From the NCBI GenBank assembly GCA_951406725.2, contig OX597837.1:43338001-43402000 (forward strand): a stretch of DNA of 64,000 nt, given 5' to 3'. This DNA comes from Octopus vulgaris. Taxonomy: Eukaryota. The notes below the pieces were generated by a model. The model had not been told where the DNA came from. It worked only from the letters and a program-made list of their open reading frames with translations, and did not search any database. Of this stretch, positions 1 to 15,678 are shown one piece after another. The translations under genes and the position numbers were made by a program. The stretch's first letter is position 1; every line of letters begins with the position of its first letter.

Positions 1-37
1 ATATGTATATATACATATGTATATATATATATAACAC

Positions 38-190
38 TGGATAACACTGGTGGCGTGGAGAGGGGAGGCCGGTATGCATGGGCGACTGCTGGTCTTCCAT
101 AAAAACCACCTTGCCCAGACTTGTAACTAGGAGGGTAACTTTCTAGGTGCAATCCCATGGTCAGTGTCGTGACCGAAGGGGTTCCCCCCA
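38..190 (+). mobile_element. SINE group B, 3' portion
   Basis: Matches the 3' half of the copy at 55207-55552 (ggtggcgtggagagg...ctaggtgcaatcccatggtca...gaccgaagggg). Confidence 0.75.
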
Positions 191-659
191 CCCGATATAT
201 GTATATATATGCATAAATTTGGATAAGATCGTTCGACAAAGATCCTTTAAGGTGGTGCTTCAGCATGGATGCTGGAAAATGACTGAAAGATATAAAAGAA
301 AGAAGAATTCACGAATAAAGTTTAGCAAGAAAATCTTAGCTCAAAGGGCCATGTGGACGTCCGACGGCCATACGGACGTCCGACGGCCATACGGACCCGG
401 TTCAGAAATACTTTTCTAAATCCTCTATTACACAATGATAGGATGGTCACGGATCAAAGTTCTTTGAATATAGGTGACCTCAATCAGGGAGAGACAGCGT
501 TAAACAATATCAACATCTAACAACGCGCAACGACGAAACTGTTCAGGAGATTGAGTAACTGTGTACCAGTAATTCCTGAAGGGCTGGTCAATAATGAACA
601 TCCAGCCCGAGCACTTCTTTCTCCAAAGAATCTTTACTAAGGAAATGCAGATGGCGGAA

Positions 660-680
660 TAATAGTAGTAGTTGTAGTAA

Positions 681-727
<47 letters not shown>

Positions 728-814
728 AGTAGTAGTAGTAGTAACATCAGTAGTAGTTTTAGTAGTGGTGGTGGTTGTTGCAGCAGCAACAACAAAAACA
801 GCAACAGCAGTAGT

Positions 815-862
<48 letters not shown>
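660..862. repeat. Compound (AGT)n/(AGC)n microsatellite
   Basis: Trinucleotide runs visible directly. Confidence 0.95.
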
Positions 863-863
<1 letters not shown>

Positions 864-1129
864 AGAAGGTACCAACACCTATCAGCTTTGGCCTGGTGGT
901 AGTGATAGTGGGAGTGGCAACAATAGTTGATTGGTAGTGGGAGGTTTTGGAGTGAAAACGGCAGGGGAGGGCGACTGTGGGTAGGAGGTGATAGGGGAAG
1001 GAATAACAGCGTTACTGAGAGAGGTTGAGTGGTAGTAGAGTCGAGCGTAGAAGTAGTTATGGTTGCGGATAAAGTTATCAAAGGGAAACAAAGATGCATT
1101 TTGTTTAAAAAATGACGGGAGATATTACT

Positions 1130-1167
1130 CAAACACACTCACAAACGCACACGCACACACACACAGA

Positions 1168-1201
<34 letters not shown>

Positions 1202-1231
1202 AACACACGCACACACACATGCACGAATGCA

Positions 1232-1266
<35 letters not shown>

Positions 1267-1581
1267 ACAGGTGTACATGAATGCCCTCGTATGCAGATAC
1301 GTACATATATATATATACATACATATATATATACATACACACACACACATATATATATATATATACATGCATATACACACATACTCACACACACACACAA
1401 ACACACACACACATATATATATTTATATACGCACACATATGCACACACTCATAGTTATATATCCATATACAGATAAAGTATATATGATATATAAAACTCG
1501 ATAAAAATATATCCACTTGTTTTCTGTATGTATATATGTATATAAGTATATATGTGTAGGTGTGTATGAGTGTTGTGAGTG

Positions 1582-1630
<49 letters not shown>

Positions 1631-1741
1631 GTGTATATGTGAGTGTACTGGTGTGTGTGTGTATGTAAGCATGTCTATATATTATATATATACAGTTATA
1701 TATGTATATACAAAAAATGTGAAGAATCAAGATAACTGTAA

Positions 1742-1780
<39 letters not shown>

Positions 1781-1862
1781 CAGCAGCAGCATTATTAGTA
1801 GTAATAGTAGTAGCTGTGGTAGTAGTAGCAGTAACAGTAGTAGTAGTGGAAACAACAACGAC

Positions 1863-1901
<39 letters not shown>

Positions 1902-1966
1902 ACTACTACTACTACTACTACTACTAATAATAATAATAATAAAAAATAAATAATAAATAATAAATA

Positions 1967-1997
<31 letters not shown>

Positions 1998-2195
1998 TAA
2001 TAGTAGTAATAATAATAATGATGATGATGATGATGATGATAATGATAATGATGATAATAATAATGATAATGATAATAATAATAATAACAATAATAATAAT
2101 AATAAGAAGAAGAAAAAGAAGAAGAAGGAGAAGAAGAAGAAGAAGAAGAAGAAGAAGAAGACGAAAAAGAAGAGGAATAATAATAGTAATGATGA
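1130..2195. repeat. Compound (CA)n/(TA)n, then (AGT)(AAT)(ACT)(ATG)(AAG) microsatellites
   Basis: Simple repeats visible directly. Confidence 0.95.
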
Positions 2196-2478
2196 TGAAG
2201 ATGTGTTCTATTGAAAACAGTAACAAATCAATCATGGAGGTACAAGTAAAATAAGCAACAATAAAAATATTATTAGACTGACAGTGAAAGTAAAAAAAAT
2301 AGATGTCGCTGGTCTGCATCTTACCTCATAGAGAGTCAGGATCAAAGATGTACGCTTTCAAATCGCTCTCTTACAAAAAAATAAAATGTTCTGTGTATAT
2401 GTGTATGTGTGTATATATGTGTATAAATGGACGTGTACACATCAATGTATGCGGGTGATTATAACGACGGTGTGTGTG

Positions 2479-2528
<50 letters not shown>

Positions 2529-2555
2529 CGTAAGTATGCTGATTAATGCATATCA

Positions 2556-2597
<42 letters not shown>

Positions 2598-2796
2598 GTA
2601 TATGTATAAATTTATATATATATATTTATATATATATATATGTGTGTATATATATATATGTGTGTATATATAGTATATATATATATGTATATATGTATAT
2701 ATGTATGTATATATACGTATATGAATATATATATATATATATATATATAGATAGATATATATATACATATATATATACATATATACATCAATATAT

Positions 2797-2838
<42 letters not shown>

Positions 2839-2882
2839 ATATATATGCATATATATACACCAATATATAAATTTATATGCGT

Positions 2883-2936
<54 letters not shown>

Positions 2937-3359
2937 GTGTCTTTGTATCAGAAGATAAATCTATATGTGCATAATTTACTGTTGCTATTTTTATACTGCG
3001 AGTGTATATAAGACCTCATGTTGTATTTAGGTTTCTCATACGTATTCTCATTCTTATTCCTTTCTCTGTCTTCTTGCGTCACTACTTTCACAAAGATAAC
3101 CGCAGTTGGTCCCTGTAAAAAAAAAAAAAACAAACAAAAAAATGACACGCGTACCGCATCGCAAAGAAAAAGGAACGAACCTGTGCATCCATATATAAAG
3201 ACAAGAATAAGTTAGTACCCACGCGCGCGCACACAGGCACATGTGCACGCGCACGCACAAACAAAGACACACACACACACACACACACAGACATACACAC
3301 TCATTCATAATTAGATACCTGTAAGCAGGTACGTACCTGCACGAATAAATAACGAATCA

Positions 3360-3403
<44 letters not shown>

Positions 3404-3626
3404 CTTGTATACCTATGTGTGTCGGTGAGTGTGTGTGTTTTCGCATGCGTGTGTGTGAGTATGTATATGTATATATATATATGTATATTTATATATATAA
3501 ATATGCAAATTTCTACATATGCATATAAATATACATACATACGTATATAAATATAAATCATATATATATATAATGTATATATATATACATATATATATAT
3601 GTATATATACATATTCATTCACATGA

Positions 3627-3696
<70 letters not shown>

Positions 3697-3785
3697 TCAT
3701 ATATGCATATATGTGTACGTACGTGTGTGTGTATACGTATACCTATACAGATCTGTACAGATTTACATACACATATATATCTCCA

Positions 3786-3827
<42 letters not shown>

Positions 3828-4271
3828 GAAATAATATATTTATATCTGTATCTATCGATCTATCCATCTGTCTGTCTACATACATACATACATACATACA
3901 TACCCGCATAGTTCTGCGCACACGTTTACATACACATCAATATCTATCTATACACACACGTGCATATATTATATGTGTTCGTGTGCGTGTGTATTTCTTT
4001 GTATATTCATATACACACATGCCTATATATACACACAGATATACAATCACATATACAATGTATGTACAAGCACTTTTTTTATAGAGGAATATCCACCGAT
4101 GCAAACACATACGTTTCTTATATGCATTCATATACATTCTCAGACACAACTTTATATATTCGCATTATAGATATATACACAAGAAACAAAGATTAATACA
4201 TTTCTATATTTATATTTCCCACTTACCTTCTTACGCATATACATACATATATATAATTATATATATATATA

Positions 4272-4349
<78 letters not shown>

Positions 4350-5029
4350 ATGTATATAATATATATATTTATAGGAATATACACACACATATACATAGTC
4401 ATCTACATACATATCCAGTTATGTAAAAGACGTATATAGATTTATTTATGCATAATAGTTTCTATAACGATGGATTTACGTAAAAAATATTTTTGTTACT
4501 TTCTAGAAAAGAGCAGCAAAAAAAAAAAAAACCCTTTCAGAATCGAAATCCAAATCGATTATTGGATACTGAGAATATTTTGGAAGGTATTTTGTATATT
4601 ATTTTAAGGTGCATTTCGATTGGTTGTTCGTTACATTTCCGTAATAAGGGAGAGAAAGTTGTTTCTGAAGCTAAGTTTTTTTCGTTCGTCGAGTGAAAGG
4701 AATAAAAAATATATATTTATTAAAGGTCTATTTAAATACACATTCTGCATTTTTTTTCTTCATTTCATCTGTAGAGTCCCTAATATTTGTATATAGCTGC
4801 TATTTCAGTCTAGTTGGATCTCTTCGGTATGGCGAGAAACAAATGACAGAAACGTTTGTGATTACATTATGTGGCAAAAAAAAAATAATCAGCGTCATTT
4901 CTGCCTGCTCTTTAGTTCGGGGTTCAAATTCCGTAGATGTCAATTTTGCAATTCGGGGGTCGACAAAATAAGTATTAGTTGAGCTCTTGGTTCGATGTAA
5001 TCCAAAATTTGTAGAAATAGTGAGAGAAG

Positions 5030-5078
<49 letters not shown>

Positions 5079-5561
5079 CATAAGTGTGCCTGTATAGTAA
5101 GGAGCTTGCTTCACTTGGGGAGGAGTGTCACATATGGCCGGGTGGCCCTTACACGACTTACACGTCCTACACGAGTGAGGCATGGGAAATGGCGGGATAC
5201 AGGAACTCAAGCGGCACTGAAGATAATGATGAATATATTGATGGATATATCGAAGAGTAGGAGGTGAAAGACCCTCGTTACAGAGTTTGAAACCTCACCT
5301 TATTGGACTATTAACCTCAATTTTGTGTTTTAAGAAAGAAAAAAGAAAATATGTTAAGTAAGAGGTTTTAGTGCCTCCTTGTTTGAAACCTTGTATTGAT
5401 TTGAAAAAAAAAAAAAAAGAAAATATGTTTTCGAGAAAAATCCAATCGGCGGGTGTTGGGTTTCGTCTCTCATCTATTCATTATAATTCATTTCATTCAT
5501 TAATGTCTTTGTCCATCCCGCAAAGCTCTATGTACTGTCTATATGACAAATTTATGAAATA

Positions 5562-5700
5562 AAGAAGCTTGCTTCCCAACCATATGGTCCCGGGTTCTGT
5601 CCCGTTGCATGGCACCTTGGGCAAGCTTCTTCTACTATAACCTCCGGCTGACTTAAGCCTTGTGAGTGGATTCGGTAGATGGAAACTGAAAGAAGCCCGT

Positions 5701-5763
<63 letters not shown>

Positions 5764-5995
5764 GTATATGTATATGTGTGTATATGTGTGTGTGTCTGCA
5801 TTTGTACCCTACTACCGCTTGACAACCGGTGTAGGTGTGTTTACGTCCGTGTAACTTAGCGGTTCTGTAAATGAGAGAGATACAAAAAGTATCAGGTATA
5901 CAAAGAAAAACAATAACAATAAAAAAGAAAGAAAAAATGAATAGGTAAATGGCGGTGCCCCAGCATGGCCACAGCTCGTGAGCTGAAACTTGAGG
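5562..5995 (+). mobile_element. SINE group C with internal (TA)n
   Basis: tRNA-like head with B box (gggttctgtccc), CORE-like caccttgggcaag, gaaactgaaagaagcccgt then (TA)n, tail ccagcatggccacagc...ctgaaac. Homologous to 46911-47345. Confidence 0.85.
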
Positions 5996-6358
5996 AAAAA
6001 AAAAATGAAATGAAATGAAGGTAGTTCCTGCATAGAAGTAGCGTGATTACTGCCACCTTCGATGGCCCTATGAATTAACAGTAAAAGAAGGGAGGCAACT
6101 GTGATAGCCCTGCTAGCAAATAAAGATCACCAATGACTTCATTTTGAACAGTTGGAATGCGAAATTTTTGAAGCCGCATTCGATTGCTTTTGCCCCTATG
6201 TCATTGGAATAACAGTAAAAAATGGAGGCAACTGTGATAGCTTTGTGAGGACCGGATACTGGATAACGATCAGCAATGAATTCACCCTAAATATTTGGAG
6301 TGGAAAACTTTTAGGTGCATTTGGTTATTTTTGCATGTGCAACAGTTGCTAAGTAAAT

Positions 6359-6779
6359 ACCCATTTCTTTACTACTCACAAGGGGCTAAAGACAGAGAGG
6401 ACAAACAAGGACAGACAAAGGGATTAAGTCGATTCTATCGACTCCAGTGTGTAACTGGTACTTGTTTAATCGACCCTGAAAGGATGAAAGGCAAAGTCGA
6501 CCTCGGCGGAATTTGAACTCAGAACATAGCGGCAGACGAAATACTTGTTTCTTTACTACCCACAAGGGGTTAAACACAGAGAGGACAAACAAGGACAGAC
6601 AAACGGATTAAGTCGATTATATCGACCCCGGTGCGTAACTGGTACTTATCTAATCGACCCCGAAAGGATGAAAGGCAAAGTCGACCTCGGCGGAATTTGA
6701 ACTCAGAACGTAGTGGGAGAGTAAATACTGCAAAGCATTTGGCCCGGCGTGCTTAACGTTTCTGCCAGGTCGCCGCCTT
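6359..6779 (-). mobile_element. SINE group D, head plus 2 tandem units
   Basis: One head (aaggcggcgacctggcagaaacg) and two ~180-bp units. TSD tgctaagtaaat at 6347-6358 and 6781-6792. Confidence 0.9.
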
Positions 6780-6904
6780 CTGCTAAGTAAATGCCTCTTA
6801 GTGGGTTTCGAACGCACAATGTACAGAAATAGGACTTGTCGGGTTATTCATTTTCTGGCACAGAATATGAAGGCCATTCATCGTAATTACGTCTTTGTCA
6901 AGTG

Positions 6905-7320
6905 AAAATACTTACGCAAGCATTTCTTAAAAAAGAAAAAAAAAAAAAAAAAAAATTCTGAATTCTTAAAAAAACTCAATCACATTGAACGGAAAGACAC
7001 GAAGAAGAGAGAGGAAATTACAGCATTTTTGTAGCATAGCGTCTTGCTGGTTTTGGAACCGATGCATTCAAGTTTTCTCTTGTATTCTTTGGATATTCCT
7101 GTTTAAATCACGACTTGATGCATAAATGCATACCAAATGACATCTATCTCCTTCAATATACAATTATGTACTTCTATACTTGCCTTGGTATCAATAATAG
7201 AGCTGCATGTATGGGAATCTATAGAAAGACACTAATATTTGTATCTACATATTTATAAAGGATTTTTATGCAGTCGGATTTTAATATATGACTTAAATTT
7301 CGCTGTTATATCTATTTCGC
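6905..7320 (-). other. Duplicated module copy 1; candidate promoter plus first exon
   Basis: Paralogous to 10400-10790. Minus strand shows TATAAATA (7257-7250) and AAGAAATGCTTGC|GTAAGT (donor at 6915). Confidence 0.4.
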
Positions 7321-7503
7321 TCATTCTCTCTATCTCTCTCTCTCTCTCTCTCTCTTTCCTGACACACATCTCCAGAGACACACGCACACACACACACACG
7401 TACACGTATATGGGTGAATATAGATATACTGATACGTACATACGTACGTACAAATACGTCTATCTACACAGCCGAGCAAGTACATAGTAGCAGCATTCAA
7501 TTG

Positions 7504-7736
<233 letters not shown>

Positions 7737-7781
7737 GTATATATATATAATATATATGTATATTTGTATACATATATATAT

Positions 7782-8012
7782 GAAGGCGCATGTCTCAGTG
7801 GTTAGAGCGTCGAGCTTACGATCGTGAGGTTGTGAGTTCGAATCCCGGATTAGGCTGCGTGTTGTGTTCTTAAGCAAGACACTTTATTTCAAATTGCTCC
7901 AGTTCACTCAGCTGTAGGAATGAGTTGGAACGTGACAGGTGCCAAGCTGTATTGGGTCTTTGCCTTTTCCTTGGATAACATCGGTGGCGTGGTGAAGGGA
8001 GGCCGGTAGGCA
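7782..8012 (+). mobile_element. SINE group B, 3'-truncated
   Basis: tRNA-like head ggcgcatgtctcagtggttagagcg...gagttcgaatcc, then gtgttcttaagcaagacact. Homologous to 55207. Confidence 0.85.
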
Positions 8013-8275
8013 CAGTAAGGAACACAAAAAGAAACAAGGAGGGAAAATAAAGAGTGTGTAGTGGCTAACGAATCACATAGTTCCGGGTTCAGTCCCTCTC
8101 CGTGGAAACTTGGGCATGTATCTTCTTTTAAAGTCTCGATCCGACCGAAACCGAGTGGGTACTTAGTAGGAGGAAAATGAAAGGAATCCACCGTATATAC
8201 ATATGCATGTACATACATATACATGCATTCATACATACATACATACATACATACATACATACCTACATACATGCA

Positions 8276-8331
<56 letters not shown>

Positions 8332-8723
8332 CAGATATATAACAGAAGCACAATTAAAGGTTACAAGCGAAATTCTATGAAATTACTGGTTAATTACGTA
8401 TACAAAGAGCATTGAACATTATATTTAATAATCCACTGCAAGGTAATTATATAAACCGTCGTTTATATATATTATATTTATCATAATAATAAAATGAGAG
8501 AATAGAAAGGTACTTAATAAATTATTAATTACTCTTGTATGCTAGGATGATCCGGTTCTTGACTGAAGATTGAAGGCTTCGAATGTCCCGTCCGTGTTTT
8601 TTGTATCGTCTTCTAAATGTTTTACGTTCTTGTCCCAGTTGTATTTTTCTACATATAATATATATATATATATAATTATTAATTACTTTTTGTATAGGTA
8701 ATTAACCAATACTTTCATAGAAT

Positions 8724-8776
<53 letters not shown>

Positions 8777-9139
8777 CTTCATGAAGAACTATTAACTCGA
8801 CTAGATTTACTACTTTTTGCCACACCATATATCTGGCATCCTTGTGAATCTGGAACCACCTCCCAGTAGCTGTTCGAGTTTCTTCTTCTCCAAATGGATT
8901 TGCTGTCCTGAACGCTCGAATGTAAGGAAATCTCCTTCCTTTCATCAGTGGTTATTTGCCACTGTTGATGGGATCAATTTAGTTCTGTGTAGCATTAAAG
9001 ACGACCTTAAGGACCAGATTGTGTAAAGATGTATAGCCATTCGATGCCAGTGAACAGCTGGAAAGAGTGTTTCAGTTTTCCAACATTCGTGGATATACAT
9101 TTACCTTTCTCTGATACGTTTCCTTTCTCTGATACGTAC

Positions 9140-9510
9140 TTCTCAACCACACGGTTCCGGACTCAGTCCCACTGCGTGGCACCGTGGGCACGTGTATTCT
9201 GTTATAGCCTCGGATCGACCGAAGGCTTGTGACTGGATTTGTGGACGGAAAATGAAAGAAACCCGTCGTATATATACAGGTATAGATTTATGTGTGTGTG
9301 TTTGTGTTTGTCACCCCATCATTCCTTGGCAACCGATGCTAGTGTTTTTGTGGACCCATAACATTAGCAATTCTGCTAAAGAACCCGGTAGAAAAATTAC
9401 AAGGCTTACAAAGTACAAGTCCTGCGATTGATTTATCGACTAAAACCCTTTAATGCAGTGCTTCAACATGGCCGCGGTCAAACGAGTGAAACAGCTAAAA
9501 GAATAAAAGA
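9140..9510 (+). mobile_element. SINE group C, diverged
   Basis: Colinear similarity to 46911-47345. Confidence 0.75.
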
Positions 9511-9950
9511 ATAAATTGCTTATACTTAAACAATATAGAAAATAGTTCCAGCATGGCCACAGTCTAGTAACTGAAACGAGTGAAAGATAAGATAATTTTA
9601 TACGATTCCTAATATTTGATAATAAAAATATAATAGGATTTTTTAAACATCGAATGGTTAAAAGGATCGATCGGGGGTGGGGACGGGTATCAAGGAGGTC
9701 CATATGACAAAATGGTTGAGGACCATGGATCAGAAGATGAGGAGAAACGAAAGAGTTAACAGAGCGAGAGTAGTCGTAAAACGAGATCAGCGAGAGAGAA
9801 AACGTCGATGTTGTAGCGGTACAAAAGCTCGAGGGAAGGGATACAGTATATATATGAGGCACAGGTGTTGGATTGTGTCTCCAAGCATCTTTGCATCTGT
9901 TGATTGTGACAGTGCGGGACTCTTTGGGTGCAGTTGTTGCTGTCTTCGCT

Positions 9951-10257
9951 CAGTGTTTCTCAGCTTGGGATCATATGACACTTGGGAGTCCATGTGAGAC
10001 TTTTAGGAGTCCGTGAAAGCAAAATAGTAAATTGGATTCTACAGCAGTATGTTTAAGGGTCCAATGAAAGATGTATTTACGTTACTTTCACTAATGTTTT
10101 ACATAATTTAACAGGTTTCCGACTACCAGTTCAGAATTTTGAAAGAAGTTTCTATGAAATTAGTTCTTAAACATCAAATGCCTCTAGGGGTCTATCAGCG
10201 TAAAATAGTAGTGAAAGGGGTTAGGGCCACCGGTAAAAAGATGGTTGAAAAACACTG
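9951..10257. mobile_element. hAT/Charlie-type MITE
   Basis: Terminal inverted repeats CAGTGTTTCTCAGC and GTTGAAAAACACTG, ~307 bp apart. The 8-bp TSD is not preserved. Confidence 0.6.
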
Positions 10258-10399
10258 ACTTAGATACAGCTGTACTGATAAAGTTGCGAGATCAGCACCT
10301 GATTCTAGATTTTGTTTTGAAATTTAAAGGGTTTATAAGTATTGAGTCTTGAACCATTTTTCCTGGTCCTGAAGGAAAAGGCGAGGCTCTGAGAGGCTG

Positions 10400-10790
10400 A
10401 AACCACTTACACAAGCATTTCTTCAAGAATAAGACTGCTAATTCTTAAAATCTCTATCAAAACGAAAGGAAAGACCCAAAGAAGAGAAGAAATAACAGTA
10501 ATTTTGTAGTATAGCGTCTTCCTGATTTTAGAACAGATGCATTCAAATTTTCTCTTGTATTCTTTGGATATTCCTGTTTAAATCACGACTTGATGCATAA
10601 ATGCATACCAAATGACATCTATCTCCTCCAATATGCAATTATGTACTTCCATTCCTGCCTTGATATCTATTATACAGCTGCATGTTTATGTACATGTGAA
10701 TCTTTGGAAATGTAGAAATATTTGTATTTACATATTTATAAAGGTTTTTATTAGGATCGATTTAAATACATCACGAAAATTTGTTCTAGC
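10400..10790 (-). other. Duplicated module copy 2; candidate promoter plus first exon
   Basis: Paralogous to 6905-7320. TATAAATA (10740-10733) and AAGAAATGCTTGT|GTAAGT (donor at 10410). Confidence 0.4.
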
Positions 10791-10815
10791 GTTGTCTGTC
10801 TGTCTAGCTGTCTGT

Positions 10816-10927
<112 letters not shown>

Positions 10928-10942
10928 GTCTGTCTGTCTGTA

Positions 10943-10990
<48 letters not shown>

Positions 10991-11131
10991 CATCTATCTA
11001 TCTATTTATCTATCTATCTATCGATCGATCTGTCTGTCTGTCTATCTGTCTATCTGTCTGTCTATGTATGTATTTCTTGTCGTGCGCATACATGCACAAA
11101 CACGTACACACACACACACACACACGCATGC

Positions 11132-11168
<37 letters not shown>

Positions 11169-11348
11169 GTATTAAATATATAAAAAATACGCATATACAT
11201 ATATATGCATAAATGTGCGCGAATACGTACGTATGCACATGCGCACACACACTTATAAAGTTGTCAGTTGTATGTGTGCATAGATAAGAAAAATATACTT
11301 AAATATGTATCTATGTATACAGAGATATGTATATAGAGTATATAGAGA

Positions 11349-11392
<44 letters not shown>

Positions 11393-12486
11393 AATATACA
11401 CATATATAAATATATACAATCGCATATATATGTACGTATAGATATATATACCATACATACGTGTATACATACGTTCATAGCATATACATGATTATCTACA
11501 CTTATATATATATATACGCATATATTTTGTGTATAATGTATTTTTATATGCGTATCCATTTTTATATACCTCTTAAATCTTCGTATACAAACGTACATAG
11601 ACACACACAAACACATATACGCACAAAAACCACACGTACATCCCTGCCCATCACCACTCATATATTCGAAGTCTTCAGAGGAATATATCTAAAGACTCTT
11701 GTAGCACGGCACCGCATGAATAACGGAACTTATTGCCGGCATCTCTTCATATCTTAAGTCTTCGCATAAATAAAAATTTCCCTCAAGAAAAGTTGACTAA
11801 CAAATAAAAATCGTTGAAAAGTTCCTTATAAAATATCTTTTCCTCGCTGACATCTGTACACTTCACTGCAAGATATTATAATGTTTTAGACATACAAATA
11901 TAACGCCGTATATTGAATTGTTAATCTCCATGCCGTCTATGCTATTAGTTATTTCTTTAACGCTTGTCAAAGCTATCACCAATATGTAAATTAGCTCACC
12001 GTTATGGGGAACCGAGGAATATATTCTATATTCTTTATTGCTATCATGCTATCATCTTCTTTTAAGACGATAGCATCTTCCAATTAGTTATTTTTAAGCA
12101 TAAATTCTACATTTTTCTATAATACCAACTAATGCCTTTTTCTAGTTAGAGATTCTCTCGCCTCCACATCCATAAGGTTGGTAAACTTGAAGCTTTGTCA
12201 TTTATCTCTTCGCTTTTACAAGTTTCAGTCATTGGACTGCGGCCATGCTGAGGCACCGTTTTTTAGAGGAACAGATCGAACATCGTACTTGTTTTTTTGT
12301 TTTGTTCGGTTTTTATTTTATCAAGCATTTCACCGAACTGCCGGGTAATGGAGGCATAAACGAACAAACTCCAGTTGTCAAGGGGCTGGGATCTTGGCAA
12401 ATACAGACATAAAAACACACTTTCGCATATAGACACATACATATATATATATATAGATGCATATTTATGTGTACCTACCTACCTAC

Positions 12487-12596
<110 letters not shown>

Positions 12597-12654
12597 ATCT
12601 ATCTATCTTTCTTTCTATCTATCTTTCTATCTTTCTATCTATCTATCTACCTAT

Positions 12655-12921
12655 AGATTTTACCGTCGTTAGACGACGTATGAAGGTTTGACAATTTCTT
12701 ACCGAACAACCACACGGATTATTTGTTTATGGTAATTAAATGTTTGTGTAGACAAAAGCTCACTCCCTCGATCAGATCGTCATTACCTGTACAGGTGCAA
12801 CGGGTGCCACATGTCAGATGTCGAAATGATCTCAGAGCAAAGTGAAACAAAGTGCTTTTCTCAAAAGTACAACGCAACACCCTCGATCTCGCAATCATGA
12901 GTGCAACACCTTAACCACTAA
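12655..12921 (-). mobile_element. SINE with group B-type head and a distinct tail
   Basis: Minus strand cttagtggttaaggtgttgcactcatgattgcgagatc...gttgtacttttgagaaaagcactt; the tail has no other match in this window. Confidence 0.55.
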
Positions 12922-13427
12922 GAAAGAAATAGAGAGAGAGCAAGAGAGAGAGAAAGAAAGAGAGAGAGAGAGAGAAAGAGAGACAAAGAGAGAGTCAACA
13001 AATGAGATCCAGAAATACTCAGTATCGAGAACATTTAGTAGCGCTCAAATGACTTGAACGTACACTCCGAAACCTTTACCGAGGACCAAATCCGACGGGT
13101 AAAGGGTGGCTGTATGAGGAATTCATGGGAGCAGATGTGGAGAAAATGGTGCAAACAAACAAAACTGCTTGGGTTTGATATATATAAAATATATATATAC
13201 ATGTATACATGCGTCATGAATCTGAAATGTTAGGTGTGTATCTCTCCACCCTGAAGACGGAGGCCGGATCTATCTTTACATTTGTATTTTTTAAGCACCT
13301 CAACCCCTTGACAACTGGAGTTTCTATTATACATATTGTATTTCATACCGAAGGGGTCTTGCTTGTTTGCATCATTCTCTCTCTCACTCTCGCTCTCTCT
13401 CTCTCTCTCTCTCTGATGGCCTTTCAC

Positions 13428-13567
13428 ACAGTTTCTGTTTACCAAATTCATTCACAAGGCATCGGCCGGCCCGAGGCAACAGTAGAAGACATTTGCTCAA
13501 GATGCCACGCAGTGGGACTGAACATGCAACCACGAAGCTGCAAAGCGTGTTTCTCAATCACATAGCC
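13428..13567 (-). mobile_element. SINE group C, 5' part
   Basis: Reverse complement of the group C head and CORE-like segment. Confidence 0.75.
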
Positions 13568-14431
13568 AAGCTAGGCAATGTTTACAAAAACACTGTGTGA
13601 TATTTCTTACGTTGTCTCCGGTACTTCCTGAAACCAGTACTAACCGTGAAGATTTCTCAGCTATTTCTAAAAGCAATGGCTGGAGGTCTATAGAGAATCA
13701 TAAAATATATTCCTTTTCGAAATCATATTGTGCCTTTGGAAATATTTGGGTCGTTCATAATTTCCCACTAAATCCTTCTCCCAATACCCACTTACATGAA
13801 ATAGGTGTCTTCATCGTATGGACCTGTGTTATTTGACGTATCTCATATTAATCGTATTAGCCAAACTCTTCTTTGCTTGCTTAGGGCATGTTGGAAGGCA
13901 GTATTAATTTAGCGGTTGTCCTTCTAAAATGATGGCTTTCACCGCAGCTAAGATGCACAATCTACCCTCACAAAAGTTTGTTTAACTCATAGATGAGACC
14001 ATGACAAGTTTTACCGTTCCAGGTCAGAACGTACTTTGGAATAATAATGATTAAGAAGCACCTCTATGCTCTTCAAAACTTCAGAGCACCCAGAATGGAA
14101 CCTCGCTGCCAGATGCAGTTTAATGAAATACCCAAAATGATTTGGTTCTTTAGATATTGCAAAAGTCGACATTGGTAGTACTGAATACACAGTCTTATCA
14201 GGCAATAATTGGGAAAGCAATAAACCTCAGGACAGACAATTGCTTCAATCTGAACAGTTATTATTCTTGAATTTATGTAAAAAAAAAAGCAAATAACAAT
14301 CTTAACCATCAAATAAAAACAGACACAATCTGTCTATAACATTATTCTGGTAATGTACGAACATGGTGTCAAACCGTTCATAGATCTTAATATACTGTAA
14401 TGCCTCGTAAGTTTGATATCACAAAATAGTA

Positions 14432-14630
14432 AGATGGCGAAATGGCAGAGTCGTTACCATTCCAAAAGAATGCTTAGCGGCGTTTCGTCCGTCTTTTTGT
14501 TCGGGATTCAAATTCCACCGAGGTCGACATTGTCATTCATCCATTCGGGGTCGATAGATAAGTACCAGTTGATAATCGACTTTATCCCTTCTCCGAAATT
14601 GAAGGTTTTCTGCCAAAATTTGAAATCACT
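14432..14630 (+). mobile_element. SINE group D monomer, type-2 tail
   Basis: Head, gattcaaattccaccgaggtcgac, tail ...tgccaaaatttgaaatc. Confidence 0.7.
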
Positions 14631-15014
14631 ATCAGAGAATAGTCCACGAACCTACAGTCCTAGAAAACGAAATATAGTAAATAACCATTTGAGCTGTGGA
14701 ATCTAACAAAACATAGATAAATAAAACAAAAGAAAAAAAAAAGCAGACGAAAAGCAACATCAATAATCACGTGGTTCTAGGTAAGATCACGTGGCGTACC
14801 ACACCCAGCAAGTATCTTCTCTTAGTCCTTGTATTGATTAGTGGCTTGAGTGAGATTTTGTGATAGAAACTGCATATATGTCTTGTATTAAACATGTTTA
14901 AAACAGTAAGAACGATGACGAGTCTTGGGGCTTATATGCTTCACTAAATGCTGGAGGCATATGCCATAGCATTGCAACAATCCAATTAGCGCTAAAAGAT
15001 CAAACGGCATATAA

Positions 15015-15646
15015 TACATACATACATACATACATACATACATACATACATACATACATACATACATACATACATACATACATACATACATACATACATA
15101 CATACATACATACATACATGCATACATACATACATACATACATACATACATACATACATACATACATACATACATACATACATACATACATACATACATA
15201 CATACATACATACATACATACATACATACATACATACATACATACATACATACATACATACATACATACATACATACATACATACATACATACATACATA
15301 CATACATACATACATACATACATACATACATACATACATACATACATACATACATACATACATACATACATACATACATACATACATACATACATACATA
15401 CATACATACATACATACATACATACATACATACATACATACATACATACATACATACATACATACATACATACATACATACATACATACATACATACATA
15501 CATACATACATACATACATACATACATACATACATACATACATACATACATACATACATACATACATACATACATACATACATACATACATACATACATA
15601 CATACATACATACATACATACATACATACATACATACATACATACA

Positions 15647-15678
<32 letters not shown>

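Noticed and set aside
500-1138. 212-aa ORF and other poly-amino-acid ORFs (1455, 21372, 34036, 35220, 50470)
   Set aside because: Open only because of trinucleotide repeats; no domain signal.
8500-8720. CTGAAGA at 8562 in a repeat-like segment
   Set aside because: Followed by GAAT and no clear stem I or III; cannot be supported as a ribozyme.
8775-9110. Possible exon, or a minus-strand hammerhead (CTGATGA plus aaggaa/ttcctt stem near 8945)
   Set aside because: The stem is followed by ACAT, not GAAA, and no frame gives a protein I recognise.
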